Source of the DNA: Chrysomallon squamiferum
Lineage: Eukaryota > Animalia > Mollusca
Length of the DNA: 64,000 nucleotides
Assembly (NCBI GenBank): GCA_012295275.1
Contig: CM022676.1
Coordinates: forward strand, 868,001 to 932,000
Direction: 5' to 3'
In this document: in pieces, positions 37,501 to 50,092 of the stretch
Numbering within the stretch: position 1 is the first letter of the stretch
How the letters are laid out: every line of letters begins with the position of its first letter
Position numbers and translations under genes: made by a program
The notes under the pieces: model-generated
Seen by the model: the letters and a program-made list of their open reading frames with translations, nothing else
What the model was told of the DNA's origin: nothing
The model's database searches: none

Positions 37501-39121
37501 AAACTTTAAATTTCTTTTGGCTGGATATAAAAACGTAAAATAAAGAGTAACTAAAAGATGTAATAAAAATAACCGTTATTCTTCTCTTTAAAAATAAATG
37601 TCTACGTGATATTATATTTATGTTTCAATATAACCAAAATTATGAATAATAATTACAAAAAGTTATATATATATTTAAAAGAATTATCGTTCAATTATTA
37701 TTAATGTTCTTATATATGTATAAAGGATTTCTATAGAGACTTGTATACAGTGTAATTGGTTCGAGTTAACACGAGCGGTTGAAATGATTATCATATTAGT
37801 ATTGGTATGCCAGATGTACAACTGCCAGATATAAACATGAAATCACATCCATTAATTTGTTCTGTGCATCTATATTAGTCTTTACTACATTGAATGTTCA
37901 ACGCTAATGTGTTTGTTGTGTTTTAGTGTACAAAAACGTGATATGGTATTTGTAATATACTGCGTACATAGATCCCATAGAGCAAACCAACTCACGCACT
38001 AACCTGCCTGATACATATTTACAACTTAAGGGAATCCCCGTGACAAGCGAGTTACGTATGTATTACCTATTATCCTAATATCACATATCCACACACTCAT
38101 ACACACATACATACACACACACGCATATATATGTAACGTGATTTATATAATGTGATTTTAAGATAATAGGTAATAATATACGCACGTAATTTTACATAAT
38201 ATAATTTTGAAGATTTTATATATATGAAAAACTGATCCCTAATGTACTTACTGTAATATATTTATAACCAACCACTGACAAGATGGCCGCCAGAGAACCA
38301 ATAATAAGTGCTCCAAATGGACCAATCATCATGTCAGCGCTGGTTCCTACAGCCACGCCCCCTGCTAGTGTAGCGTTCTGAATATGAACCTGCAAAACCA
38401 AGAAAATACAATTTATATACGTAAGACTTTAAAAATACACATACAGTGAGAGAACAGATCGCATAAGACTTACCATATCAAACTTTCCGTTTTTGTCCAC
38501 GAGTGATGAAATAGCGAACGTCACCACACAACAGGCGGCCAGCGCGAAGTAGGTGTTGAGGACTGCGCGATGCTGATCGTCACCAGGGGCCAGGGCGCTG
38601 TTGAAGCTGGGCCAGAACATCCACAGAAAGACAGTACCTTTTACAATAACAGTGAACAAAAAATTAACTGAAAAGGTTCAACGTGAAAAAAAAAATATAT
38701 ATATATATACGATTTTTTTTTTTTTTTTTTTTTTGTTAATGTTGTTTGAAAATAGAAATAATACTGATAATTACAAAATTACGAAGAAGAGAATAAGAAT
38801 AAGATATAGAAGAACAGCGCGGATAAGAAGAAGATGAAAACTCAAAATTTAGTGATTAATTCTTACCTATCATAGAGAAGACATCTGAATGGTAAACAGA
38901 CCCTTCCTTCTTGGACTTCTCTGTATCTTTGTGATAGAGTACTCTGGACATAGATAACCCAAAATAAGCTCCAAAAGCATGCACAAACATAGATCCCCCA
39001 ATATCTACAGCCTGAAATAATAAAAGGTATTAATTCCATTTCTTCCTAACTGCACTGATAGTGGCTAATTCTAGCATCATTGTCATGAATGACACAATGT
39101 ACCTCACGTTAATAAACTAAC

Positions 39122-39160
<39 letters not shown>

Positions 39161-39187
39161 ATACAATGAATTGTAATGACAGAATAA

Positions 39188-39236
<49 letters not shown>

Positions 39237-40087
39237 TATTATTATTATTATTATTATTATAACAATAATAATAATAATAACAGATAATACAAATTATTTA
39301 AAAAAAATAAAAAATAAAAAAGAAGGAAAATAGAATAAATTAAGATAAAGAAAACTCTGTATTAATATATGAAACTGCGATTCTAATTAATACTCACCTG
39401 GAACATAACTACACCGAGGTATTCATTAAAGGAAAAGATTACGATTTCTATCATAGTAACGATGACAAGCTGGGTGGGGCTAGTTTTTCCAAGCAATGCA
39501 CCGTACGTGATCAGTACAGCGGCGGAGGCAAAGTCAGCGGTCAGCATACTGAAAACGAATCAGGTTTTATTAAGAATAGAAAATATTTACTTCTTTGTCA
39601 GGAATGAACACATACAAATAATTAGAAAACCGTTATTTAAATAATTAATATAAAAGTGATATAAAGCAGGCCTAGCTGCTGTCTCCGTTGTTGTTATGTT
39701 TATTGCTGTTGTTGTTGTTGTTATATTTATTACTATTGTTAGTTGGTATAACACTAAGTTATATGTGCTGTTTCTAAACTGTCAATCTATTTTTAAATTT
39801 GTAGTGGATGAATTTTACTTTCTGTCAGTGTACCTGGTGATACTGATGTGCAACTTGCCGCCGTGGCCGTGGAAGAATCCTCCCACTAATGTTGCCCACT
39901 GGATTGCGATAGCCGCGAGAAGCATGTTGAGCCCGACAGCGCTGAAGCCGTAACGTTTGAGAAACGTCATCAAGAACCCGAAACCAATGAATATCATGAC
40001 GTGGACATCTTGAAACACTGAAATAACACAACAGTCATAGAAACAGTATTTCCAAAGTATCTATGTGTGCGTATGTGGGGGATAGAT

Positions 40088-40186
<99 letters not shown>

Positions 40187-40189
40187 TAT

Positions 40190-40220
<31 letters not shown>

Positions 40221-40233
40221 CATACATATACAA

Positions 40234-40276
<43 letters not shown>

Positions 40277-40434
40277 TTTATAACAAAAGAAGCATTTAAT
40301 CATACATGTTCACAAACAATGTTTCCAGCAACAGTAGGCGTTGTATATGTTAACTGTGTTAACAAGAAACATTTTTCTTAACCTTGATTAACTTATTTGT
40401 GCTGCCTTCACATCTTTTCTTGTTCTTCTTATTC

Positions 40435-40480
<46 letters not shown>

Positions 40481-41069
40481 GATTATTATTATTATTATTA
40501 TTGTTATTATTAAAATTGTTGTTGTACAGCTGCTGCTGCTTTCATCATTATCAATGACTTTATTATTATTGTTGTTTTTTCTGCTGCTGCTGGTATCTTC
40601 CATTCTTTCTTTTTTTCTTTCTTTTTTGATTGCTACTGTTATTGTTGTTGTCGAGGTTATTATTATCATTTTATTCCAAATGGCATCCCAGCTATGGGTT
40701 ATTTCGGATTCGCAAAGAAACATTTCACCGTGAAATAGAGTGCCTGTGCTAGTTAATAGAGTTATTTCGCTAACAAAAAAACAAAGTGTCTGTTGAGGGT
40801 GAACGACCAGCCATCAACAGAACAAAGAACTGGCTCCGGGCAGTGACACTGTGTGTAAAGATTATATTTGACAACAGGTAAATTACAGCAGGGGTGGTAT
40901 GTTCCAGGACATGTTAGATATTATATAAAATACCGTTTATGAAAGAAGATTTTAAAAAATATAAATATAATCATATAAAAAGTTTTGACCGTATATAATT
41001 ACATTTGTTGGAAAATATCCTTGTATACAGAACTTCTAAATTATATACTCATAATTACAATTTCGCTTT

Positions 41070-41125
<56 letters not shown>

Positions 41126-43889
41126 TAACTATTTATATACATGAACTATATTTAGATTTGCGTTGTCCCAAATTTTTGTGACAATCTTTCGTATTCACAT
41201 TTCACATCTTAAGACAGCAAAGAACAAGTATCCAGGGAAATCGAACACCAGGGGTAAACGGGGTCAGTCAAACAATGAACAGATTAGGTCGCGACTGCTA
41301 ATATCAGTTTCAAATCTGAGTTTTGGTTTCACTGCAGTCAATCTACCGAGTCGCCTACAGATGTGCGGGAAATTTTTAAAAATTACTCTTATTTCATATG
41401 GAGAACATCCCTAAACTTCTGTGGCATCATATAAACAAATAAATAAATCAAATCAAAGAAATATATGCATAAATATAAATCAGTGAGTATTATGATGTGC
41501 AGACACTAGAAATCCCAGCAAAGTCGAAAATTTTCTCGCGCTGTGATTTGACCACTCCATTTGAATGCAGTATATAGTTTTATAGGACTTTTTTAAATTT
41601 ACCTTCCCAGTTATTACAAATTTCTTTCATATTATTATCTAATGTCAAATAAATAGTTATTAAAAAAAGAAAAAAGAACAGTGTTACAACTCTGTAAAAC
41701 TTTTTCCATGGTCTATTTTCAAGAGTATTACTAACATGTTTGAAGATAAGCTTTCATTACAGTGAAAATTAAAACTCAGACACTGATAAAACTTTGAAAA
41801 GAAATATTCTATAGTTATATGTTAAACAGCATAAAGCCAGGCTGACCATTTTAAAAGTCAGCTTATCATGTTTTATGTACTGCTATTGATTACATTGTAC
41901 TCTGTTTGTATGAGAAAACACTGCTCAAGTAATATCACATTTCAACGAGAAAGATATGTAGACAGGTCGTACACTACTTAACGTCGACAGAATCATTTGC
42001 TGTAACATAATTCATAATTATTGTATTGTAATAGTAGTAGCAGTAGTAGTAGTAGTAGTAATATTGGTTGTGGCAGCATTCGTAGTAGTAATAGTAGTAG
42101 TAGCAACTGTAGTAGTACTGGCAATAGTAGAAGTAGTAGTAGTACTAGTACTAGTAGCGGCAAAACACGCATAATGAGTTTTCGACAAGCCCAATCAACT
42201 GAAATAATGTTTTAATTAATGTAGCTTCATCCATACATTGAGGCAAATACAAAGATTAACAAAATAAAGTACACTATTTATTTATTTATTTTTCTTTTGA
42301 ATTCACGGAAGACAGAGAAAACAAATTCCTATAATGTTAAAGAACATCATATTTATAAAAAGCAACAACAACAACAAATAACAACAAAAAAAGATATTGT
42401 ATAATTCCTAGAAACTATTTAATATCTACCGGACATTCAAATAGTTCTGTTGCTTGGCGAAGTTGAAGTGCAATGTTTATTTTGCACACTTTTATCTTTT
42501 TTAAAGGATTAAAATCGAAAAACGAAAACCCACCAACATTTCGTAATCTTTATCGCTATATTTTCATTACATAACTTTATATATCTGTCAGTCTATCTAT
42601 CTACATACCTATATAAGGAAATGGATTCATATAAAAAGATATAGATTATGGATATGGATAAACAGACAGAACGGTAGAAAATATGTACTTGCATGTGTAC
42701 ACTGACACACGTAGCCTGTTCACACAGCAACTCGTCCCAGCTGAGTGAACAACAGCATGAAACTATTGTTAAATTCAATGATTAAACAAATTAAAATGTT
42801 AAAATAATTAAACTGTAAAATAATATTTAATAAATGTGTTTAAATAGATTACATCATGCAAAATTATAACAAAGTATCAGAGAAGATAATATAGCTTCCA
42901 GCCTAACTGAAAAAAACGCATTAAATTATGAATTGCTTCACTTATTGACTCCATTTTTCAAAGGTTTGTTTAGTTAAACTATTTTTATAAACACAATATA
43001 CCACTGCACAGTTCAGGACCCCTTAACAAATGAACGGTAAAACAATTCTCATAATATCAGTATCACCCAACCACATCACGCCAAACACTGTCACGAATTA
43101 CTTAAGGAAGTACAAATGCAGTGAGGTAGTTTGATTACAAACTTGACACGTAGTGAGGAGGAAACTGAAGTCTCAGATTACTGTACGCAGTTCTAGTATC
43201 TGCCTCTCTGTCCTCTTTAAACAAAGGGCTGACATATTATTAATCATACCAGTGTGTTTGTCTGACTTTATTATAAATGATAACCAACCTTATTTAATAA
43301 CCATTTTAATAAAGCTGTAGAAAAATGTTTTTTTCTCACATATTTTCATCTCAGTCCTCATTCACTGGATTTTATAAGCTAAAACAATGACAGTACACAC
43401 ACTGTTGAAAGGAATGTTTTATCTGACTCAGCGTAGCAGAAGTTACTTAACTGCAGACAAATTATGTCTAATATAAATATTGTGATTATTTTAAAATATA
43501 TAAAACATTTTAAGTCCTATTGAAAAGTTTCCTGTGAACGTTTGTCTCTCTATGCTTTTGATTAAAATTTATTTGAGTATTGTTTTTGTCTCTTTTTTTG
43601 TCTTTTTTTTCTTTAAGACGCTATAAAGTCTCTTCCCTTTGTTGCTTGTTATCCAACTTGTAAATCTTTCTTAACGCACGAGTGTCGAAAAGATAAAACT
43701 GATAACGTTCTAAACAAAAACCTTCTTTGGCAAGAGGCAATATCATTAAAGCGTCTAAATTCGCCGATTTTATTTTATTTATCTTCATCTGAATTTCCTT
43801 TATAACAAACTGCTTCCAAATGAAGTGCATACGTGATCGTTTGTAGGTCTCCACACACACACACTCATACACACACACACACACACACA

Positions 43890-43984
<95 letters not shown>

Positions 43985-44489
43985 ACAACACACACAGTCT
44001 GGTTAGTAAAAAGATTACTGGTTGATCACTCGAATGCCAGTTTGGTAATTTAATCTTGGTGGTTTATATTTACGGTGAATACAATATTTTGATTAAACAA
44101 TTTTTAATCTTGCATCTACAGCTACTACTAATAATCAAAATTTCATGTACCTTTCTAAGGTGAAACCAAACACATTTTTTTGTTCGGCCTTTTGTCTTAT
44201 TATTATAATTGCATCGTATATTAGCTCGTCTAAAATCATCTTTCAAAATAAGAATTCATCTTTGTCAGCGTTTTTTTTTTTGTAACGTTATTATAACAAA
44301 TGTATCGCTTCAGCTTTTTTGTATATTTAGTAATTTTTTTTTTTTTTTTTTTTAATCTTTATAAAACACGTCACCCGTTTATGAAAACTGACAGCACTGG
44401 TCTTTATCTAATCTGCTTTTCAACTAAATGTAAAGTAGTTATAATCTGACTAAACAGTATTATCTAACACATCTCCGTAGCATACACAC

Positions 44490-44553
<64 letters not shown>

Positions 44554-44682
44554 GCATACAGACAAAAAGTGAGGTAGAATTATTGTCGGTGATATTCTGC
44601 AGTTTCATCTGAAAAAAATTTATTAAACATTTCTTTCTATCAGTATAACGCATATTAGTATGATTATTATTATTATTATTTA

Positions 44683-44736
<54 letters not shown>

Positions 44737-44998
44737 TCTGTATATACTAGAAATACGACAAATGTTAGAAAATCAATTGTAACTTTTAACATAGGATATT
44801 TGATATTCTGAACTTACTGGGATAAAAATCTGGTAATGGTTGGCTTCTTCCCAATTTTGTTTCATTATTTTTCCGTTCTACAACAGGTCGTGCAGTTTCA
44901 TCGTAATCCACAGAGAGAGCGAATAAAACAATAAACACAATTTCAATAAACAAAAGTAGCAGAGGAAATCGTAAGCGAGTGAAGACCAACGAAGCCAT
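34586..44998 (-). CDS. Rhesus-type ammonium transporter (RhAG/RhBG/RhCG-like, SLC42), 9 exons
   Basis: Exons 44998-44818, 40017-39834, 39548-39398, 39011-38867, 38637-38474, 38389-38252, 36270-36137, 35273-35095, 34785-34586. Hallmark Rh motifs: [73 protein letters not shown]. Both pore histidines are intact. Confidence 0.95.
35448..35627. repeat. Left arm of a ~180-bp inverted repeat (partner 37389-37571)
   Basis: ttttattacatcttttagttactctttattttac...ctttcctatctcagttaagtattgtaaatcagtctca...gtgaaattcgaaccaaac is the reverse complement of 37389-37571, with few mismatches. Confidence 0.9.
36419..37385 (+). mobile_element. Degenerate Tc1-like transposon (transposase pseudogene) in Rh intron 6
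   Basis: Frameshifted Tc1 DD34E motifs: [12 protein letters not shown] (cf. W-xVLFSDESRF), QHHNARPHT (cf. QQDNARPHT), [24 protein letters not shown] (cf. WPxxSPDLNPIE), SMRRRCQAC. Left end TA|cactg; right TIR not found. Confidence 0.85.
37389..37571. repeat. Right arm of the ~180-bp inverted repeat (partner 35448-35627)
   Basis: gtttggttcgaatttcac...tgagactgatttacaatacttaactgagataggaaagataaa...gtaaaataaagagtaactaaaagatgtaataaaa. Confidence 0.9.
40089..40274. repeat. Compound (TA)n/(CA)n microsatellite
   Basis: Seen directly in the sequence; source of the YIYI/CVCV pseudo-ORFs. Confidence 0.95.
43852..43996. repeat. (CA)n microsatellite
   Basis: Seen directly in the sequence. Confidence 0.95.
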
Positions 44999-45431
44999 TG
45001 TGAATCTAACGACACGTACCGCAGCAGACGATAACACCTGTGGGAAATATCACGCGCGCCGCTTTGTTATGACCTTCACCTTACACAGAATAGTTAAATG
45101 GCCATCCAGATGTGATTTTGCTCGCCATTCACTGAAGAGATGTTTGAATTATACAAAATGCTATGAAAATATCTGTAGTAATAAATGTAACGAATTTATA
45201 TTACTGGAATGATATCTTAAATTATGCAACACTTCACAAGTTTTATGATATATCTTTGTTACATTATATGTATCTATGTAGTATGAATTAATTAATTTAC
45301 GGGTCTTTTCTTTATGAATTAATTATTTGCATGTATGTATATATGTATGTCTGTGAATCGATGATTTTCCATCCAGGTGATACTGGAATATTGACTCTCA
45401 TTAATTATTTAGCGATTAATCTTTTTTCAAC

Positions 45432-45486
<55 letters not shown>

Positions 45487-47551
45487 ACACAGAGAGAGAG
45501 AGAGTTGCTTCTTATCAGTTTATTTGACTGGACACGATGTATTTATTACAAAATGGGGGCGTTTCTTGTTTCAGCACGACAGCAAGCTGACATGCAAAAA
45601 AAAAATAAAAAAAAATGCCACAATAAAAAAAATAAAAAAATGCCCCCAAGTGAGCTTTTAGAATCCTTGAACTTCGTGACACGACCTTAACACAGAAGTT
45701 GACATCTCATTAGACGTTTATCAGCTTTCTTATGTAACACGTCAGAATGCTATTTGATTGGTCTTCACGCCGTATTCTGCAGATAAAAAAATATATATAA
45801 TAATAGTAATAACAAACAAAAAAATCGTTAAATGTAAAAACAATAATAATAAAAATAACAGCTACAACAATAACAATAGTAATAAGAAACTATGTAAGTA
45901 AGAAATTAAGATTGTAATTAATATTCAATTATTTTATTATAATTTCCTGCTCATAATTATTATTTCTTGTAATCACTTTTATCTCAATACTCAGTTACTC
46001 ATTTACTAATTTGCTTATCTTAGATAAAAACGCACTGATAAGTAATACTAAACTGACCCATGTGTGAAGTAACCATTCGTTCTAAATGCATGGTACATAA
46101 CATGTCGGTTCAGCGCTGTGGCAAATCCCAGAGCGAGCAAGACCAGATTAGGTCGCTGATAGTAGAACAGTTCCCATTGCTGAACCTGAGGGGCGTATGA
46201 GGCTTACAACATTTGTACAAGCATTTGACAATAGTTGTTGTTGTAGCAGCTGCATTTTATGAAGAATGTTGAGTTATTAAATTATTGGTCCGATTTTAAA
46301 TATTTTAAACTGTCACGTGTTAATTAATATGCTTTTTTCGACATAATACGTTATCATATTTTGTTGCACATGTTGTTCTGTGCGTACAACTTACTTTTGT
46401 TGTTTGTTTTTTTATTTTGTAGGGGGAGGTCGTGGGTTTTTTTCTTTTACGGGCCACAGTGTTTTGTTTCCAACTTTATCAATATCATCACACGACACAG
46501 TATCGACTAAATGAAACCAAAATTTGGTCTAGTTTGAAAATAACTGAGTTTTAGCCATCCGTATCTACTGATGTTTTCATGTTATATGATCTGTCTATAT
46601 GTGTGTCCAAGTTTGCTTTAAAAAGTGTCAAGTTTCGAAGCTTCTTTACCATTCTGTATTAAATAATTCAGGCGAAACAAGGTTTTAAAACAACTGTCCA
46701 CTTCAGTGTTAAGAATCTTGAAATGTAGTCGATTGTTGAAATCTGATCAGAAGATTAAATTTGAAACACGTTTTTCGTACACGTAACTATTCACCCGAAT
46801 AGTCACCCTCCTTAGCAAGCCTCAGAAATAAACTGAAGTTTTTTCAAAATCAGTAGGACACAAAAACCTTTCTGTAACATCGAATAATTGGTTTCGATTA
46901 TTTCATTTTTTATTATTTTTGTTTAATTTATTATTATTATTATTATTACTTAATAACAAAATAATCCGCAGGAACACGTCCCTCCCTGTCCTAGTCTTTG
47001 TGTTAGTTAATGTGAATCAAGTAGAAAATACGAATCATGCAGCTTTATTTACTTATAATTTATGTAATGATGACTCACAAGGAAGTTGCACGCACGCATC
47101 CACACACACATAAAACGACAAAACGCACACAAACACAACGACAATAGTTTTGGACTTTTTGGCTAACGGGAATTAATCTGACAGAAGATATCTGCTCAGG
47201 TATTAAAACTATTTCAAAGTTTACACAGAATATTATTTTTCATGTGTCATCGATTTATTAATGCAGTAATCAGTTTATACTGGAAATTGTAATAACTGAT
47301 TATTATTTAAATTGTTTACTTTCTGAGTTACGTGTTTGTTTTTTCAACAGTTATTTAATATGGTTTTCTTCCATTGTATTTCAACAATTCAAAGCCTAAT
47401 TTCCACGGTATTTTCCAATATATAAATTCGTTATGTTCTTTATGTTCCATTATAACAATACTTTAGGGTCATACTAATTTGAAATGGAAATCGCAGCAGA
47501 CAGTATATTATTACAGTCTATAAAACAATTTTTTTTTTTTTTTTTTTTTTA

Positions 47552-47582
<31 letters not shown>

Positions 47583-48768
47583 ATAATAAAATCCAGTGGG
47601 CGGTTCACATTAACCAGTACATCATTCTAGATTTTTGTGTAAGTTAGTAGAAGAAATTCAAATCGAGCTTTTCGAACTTGGTCCAGAAAATAATAATACA
47701 AATTTACAGAACAGGCTACAAAATAATAGTAAACTGTCTGTGACGGCTGAAAAGATCTGCCTTCACCTCAGTGGGATGTCGCGTTTCACCTGACTGGTAT
47801 TACCTAATAATAGAAGAAGAAAACGCTGACAAAGATGAATTTTTTTGTAAAATAATTTTTGACAAGCCTATATACAATGCAAATATAATAAGTAAGATGA
47901 AAGGCTCAAAAACATAAATTAAAGTAAGAACAGAAGAAAGGATCAAAATGGAAAAAACACTAACGAAGCTGAATAATTACAGAAGGATTTACTGTGATCA
48001 TAAAACGGTTAAATTAAAGCTACTTTTTTCTTTATCATAGACATTTAAAATATTAATATTTTATGTATGTTATTTACACTCCAACACACTAAACGTTCAG
48101 AACAGTCAACTTTAACAGGCCATTCGGCAGACCTCTTTACCTATGTAAAAAGTTTGTTCACATGCTAATACTCTAACTGAAGGGGTGACAATAACCAGAA
48201 TGACTGGGAATGAAAAGAAGCCCAAACGAAGCATTACCTCCTCGTTATCAAATTCTTAAAGAGAGAAAAACAAAGACGCGACATACGACTCTTCATTCTA
48301 GCATCACAAAGGCAGCAACGTCTTCATGCTCCGTTGTATCTTCTGATAACTCGGATGATGCTCAGCCTCGCCACTCATCAAGGGATGAGTTTCAGCTTGG
48401 TGACAGCGCATCTGTGTAGTAATTAATTTATTATTTATTTTTATATTAATTTTAGTCGGAAAAAAAAAAAACGACTTTAATTAAATATAAACAATATGTA
48501 TTTGTATGTATGGAATGTATACGCCGTTTACATTTGTGCGCGCACACACACAACACACACACACACACGATTCTTACAGGCTAGTGCAAGAACGGTAAAA
48601 TATATGAAATCAATTAACTGCCCATGCACGGTCTATTACTGTTATTTGTCATCGCATTTGACTTTCATGTCCAAAAAGAAAAATTCAACGTACAGAGATG
48701 TAGGGTTGTTTTGTTTCATTTTTATTGTTGCTGTTGTTGTTTGATTGTACTACTATTATTATTACTAT

Positions 48769-48800
<32 letters not shown>

Positions 48801-49454
48801 TGGTTATTGAGAATTGATTACTTTGGTAAAAATGCAGATTTTCAACGGCATTCCACCGAAGCAGGATAAAACACATATCTTAAAACAGTAACCACAAAGA
48901 AACCCAAATGTAATAATTACATCTCAAGTTAAAAAGTAACCGTATATAAAAATGAGTTGTCTCCCATGGTACGGTGATGAAGCAAGTGGAAACGTTCCGA
49001 ATCACTGAGTAACGTGCTAAAGCTACTTAATTTCACTGATTATACCGAATTTAAAAAAAAAAATTAATAATAATAATAAAACAATTAATTATTATTTATT
49101 TTTGAAAGAAAGAAATAACACATACACATTTATAAATGCATTTTCATGTTCACACCAAATATACATATATTAAATATCCATATAGTTTTTTTATTAGGCT
49201 AAAGCTGTAGTTAATTCCCTCCCTTGACCTATTTCGATAAGAGCATTGTGCTTTACGTGGAAAATAAACTGAAAGGGAATTGAGTGTGTGTTCCTTCAGA
49301 TGTTTTCATTTATCACTATGCCATAGAAATTAAGTTCTCCGATCCTGTTGATAAACAATAAATATAAACTGATCAATAAGCTTTCTTTATAACACATATA
49401 ATATTAGTCAATTATCCAAACGCTATTTTTTTACAGCTATAAGAAAACTGCAAA

Positions 49455-49652
<198 letters not shown>

Positions 49653-50054
49653 AAGTAGTGAGATAGAAAAAAAAAATGTACAGGACACAAAATTATTCTG
49701 CAGAATTACAGTGTGCTATTTTAACAACAATAATTATCGAAATGCTAGAAAATTTGATATATATACAAGGAATCTTAAAACAGTGAAATTATATTTTAAT
49801 TTCTGCCTTTAGTTTCTAATGTTTAATCTGTTTTGTATTTCCTTGCGTTAAATTGGTTATGATCTAATTAATTTAATAATCCATTTCCTAAATATTTATA
49901 TATAACGGATGTTGCAAACTACAAAATTTCATTTAAGTCAGAATAGTCACTTGCGATGTAAGCGATACAAGTGACTTCTTTAAAAATGTTACGCTATCTG
50001 AAATGACTAACTGAATCACAAATTGTTATAATACCAGTTGAATTCAGCACATGC

Positions 50055-50080
50055 GTATAATGTAGCGCCCTCTTTTGTCC
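50055..50080 (+). promoter_or_regulatory. TCT / 5'TOP polypyrimidine initiator of RPS25
   Basis: ccctcttttgtcc lies ~20 nt upstream of an ATG that is followed directly by a GT donor. This is the standard ribosomal-protein promoter and exon-1 layout. Confidence 0.75.
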
Positions 50081-50092
50081 GAGGTGTCCAAA

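Noticed and set aside
39994-40733. ORFs with YIYI, CVCV and poly-I runs
   Set aside because: Translations of (TA)n, (CA)n and (ATT)n microsatellites in Rh intron 1.
46540-46810. Possible MITE or transposon fragment upstream of Rh
   Set aside because: The composition looks repeat-like, but I could not find TIRs or a TSD.
48210-48419. 69-aa Ser-rich ORF between Rh and RPS25
   Set aside because: No homology cue, no supporting spliced structure, and a length within chance expectation.
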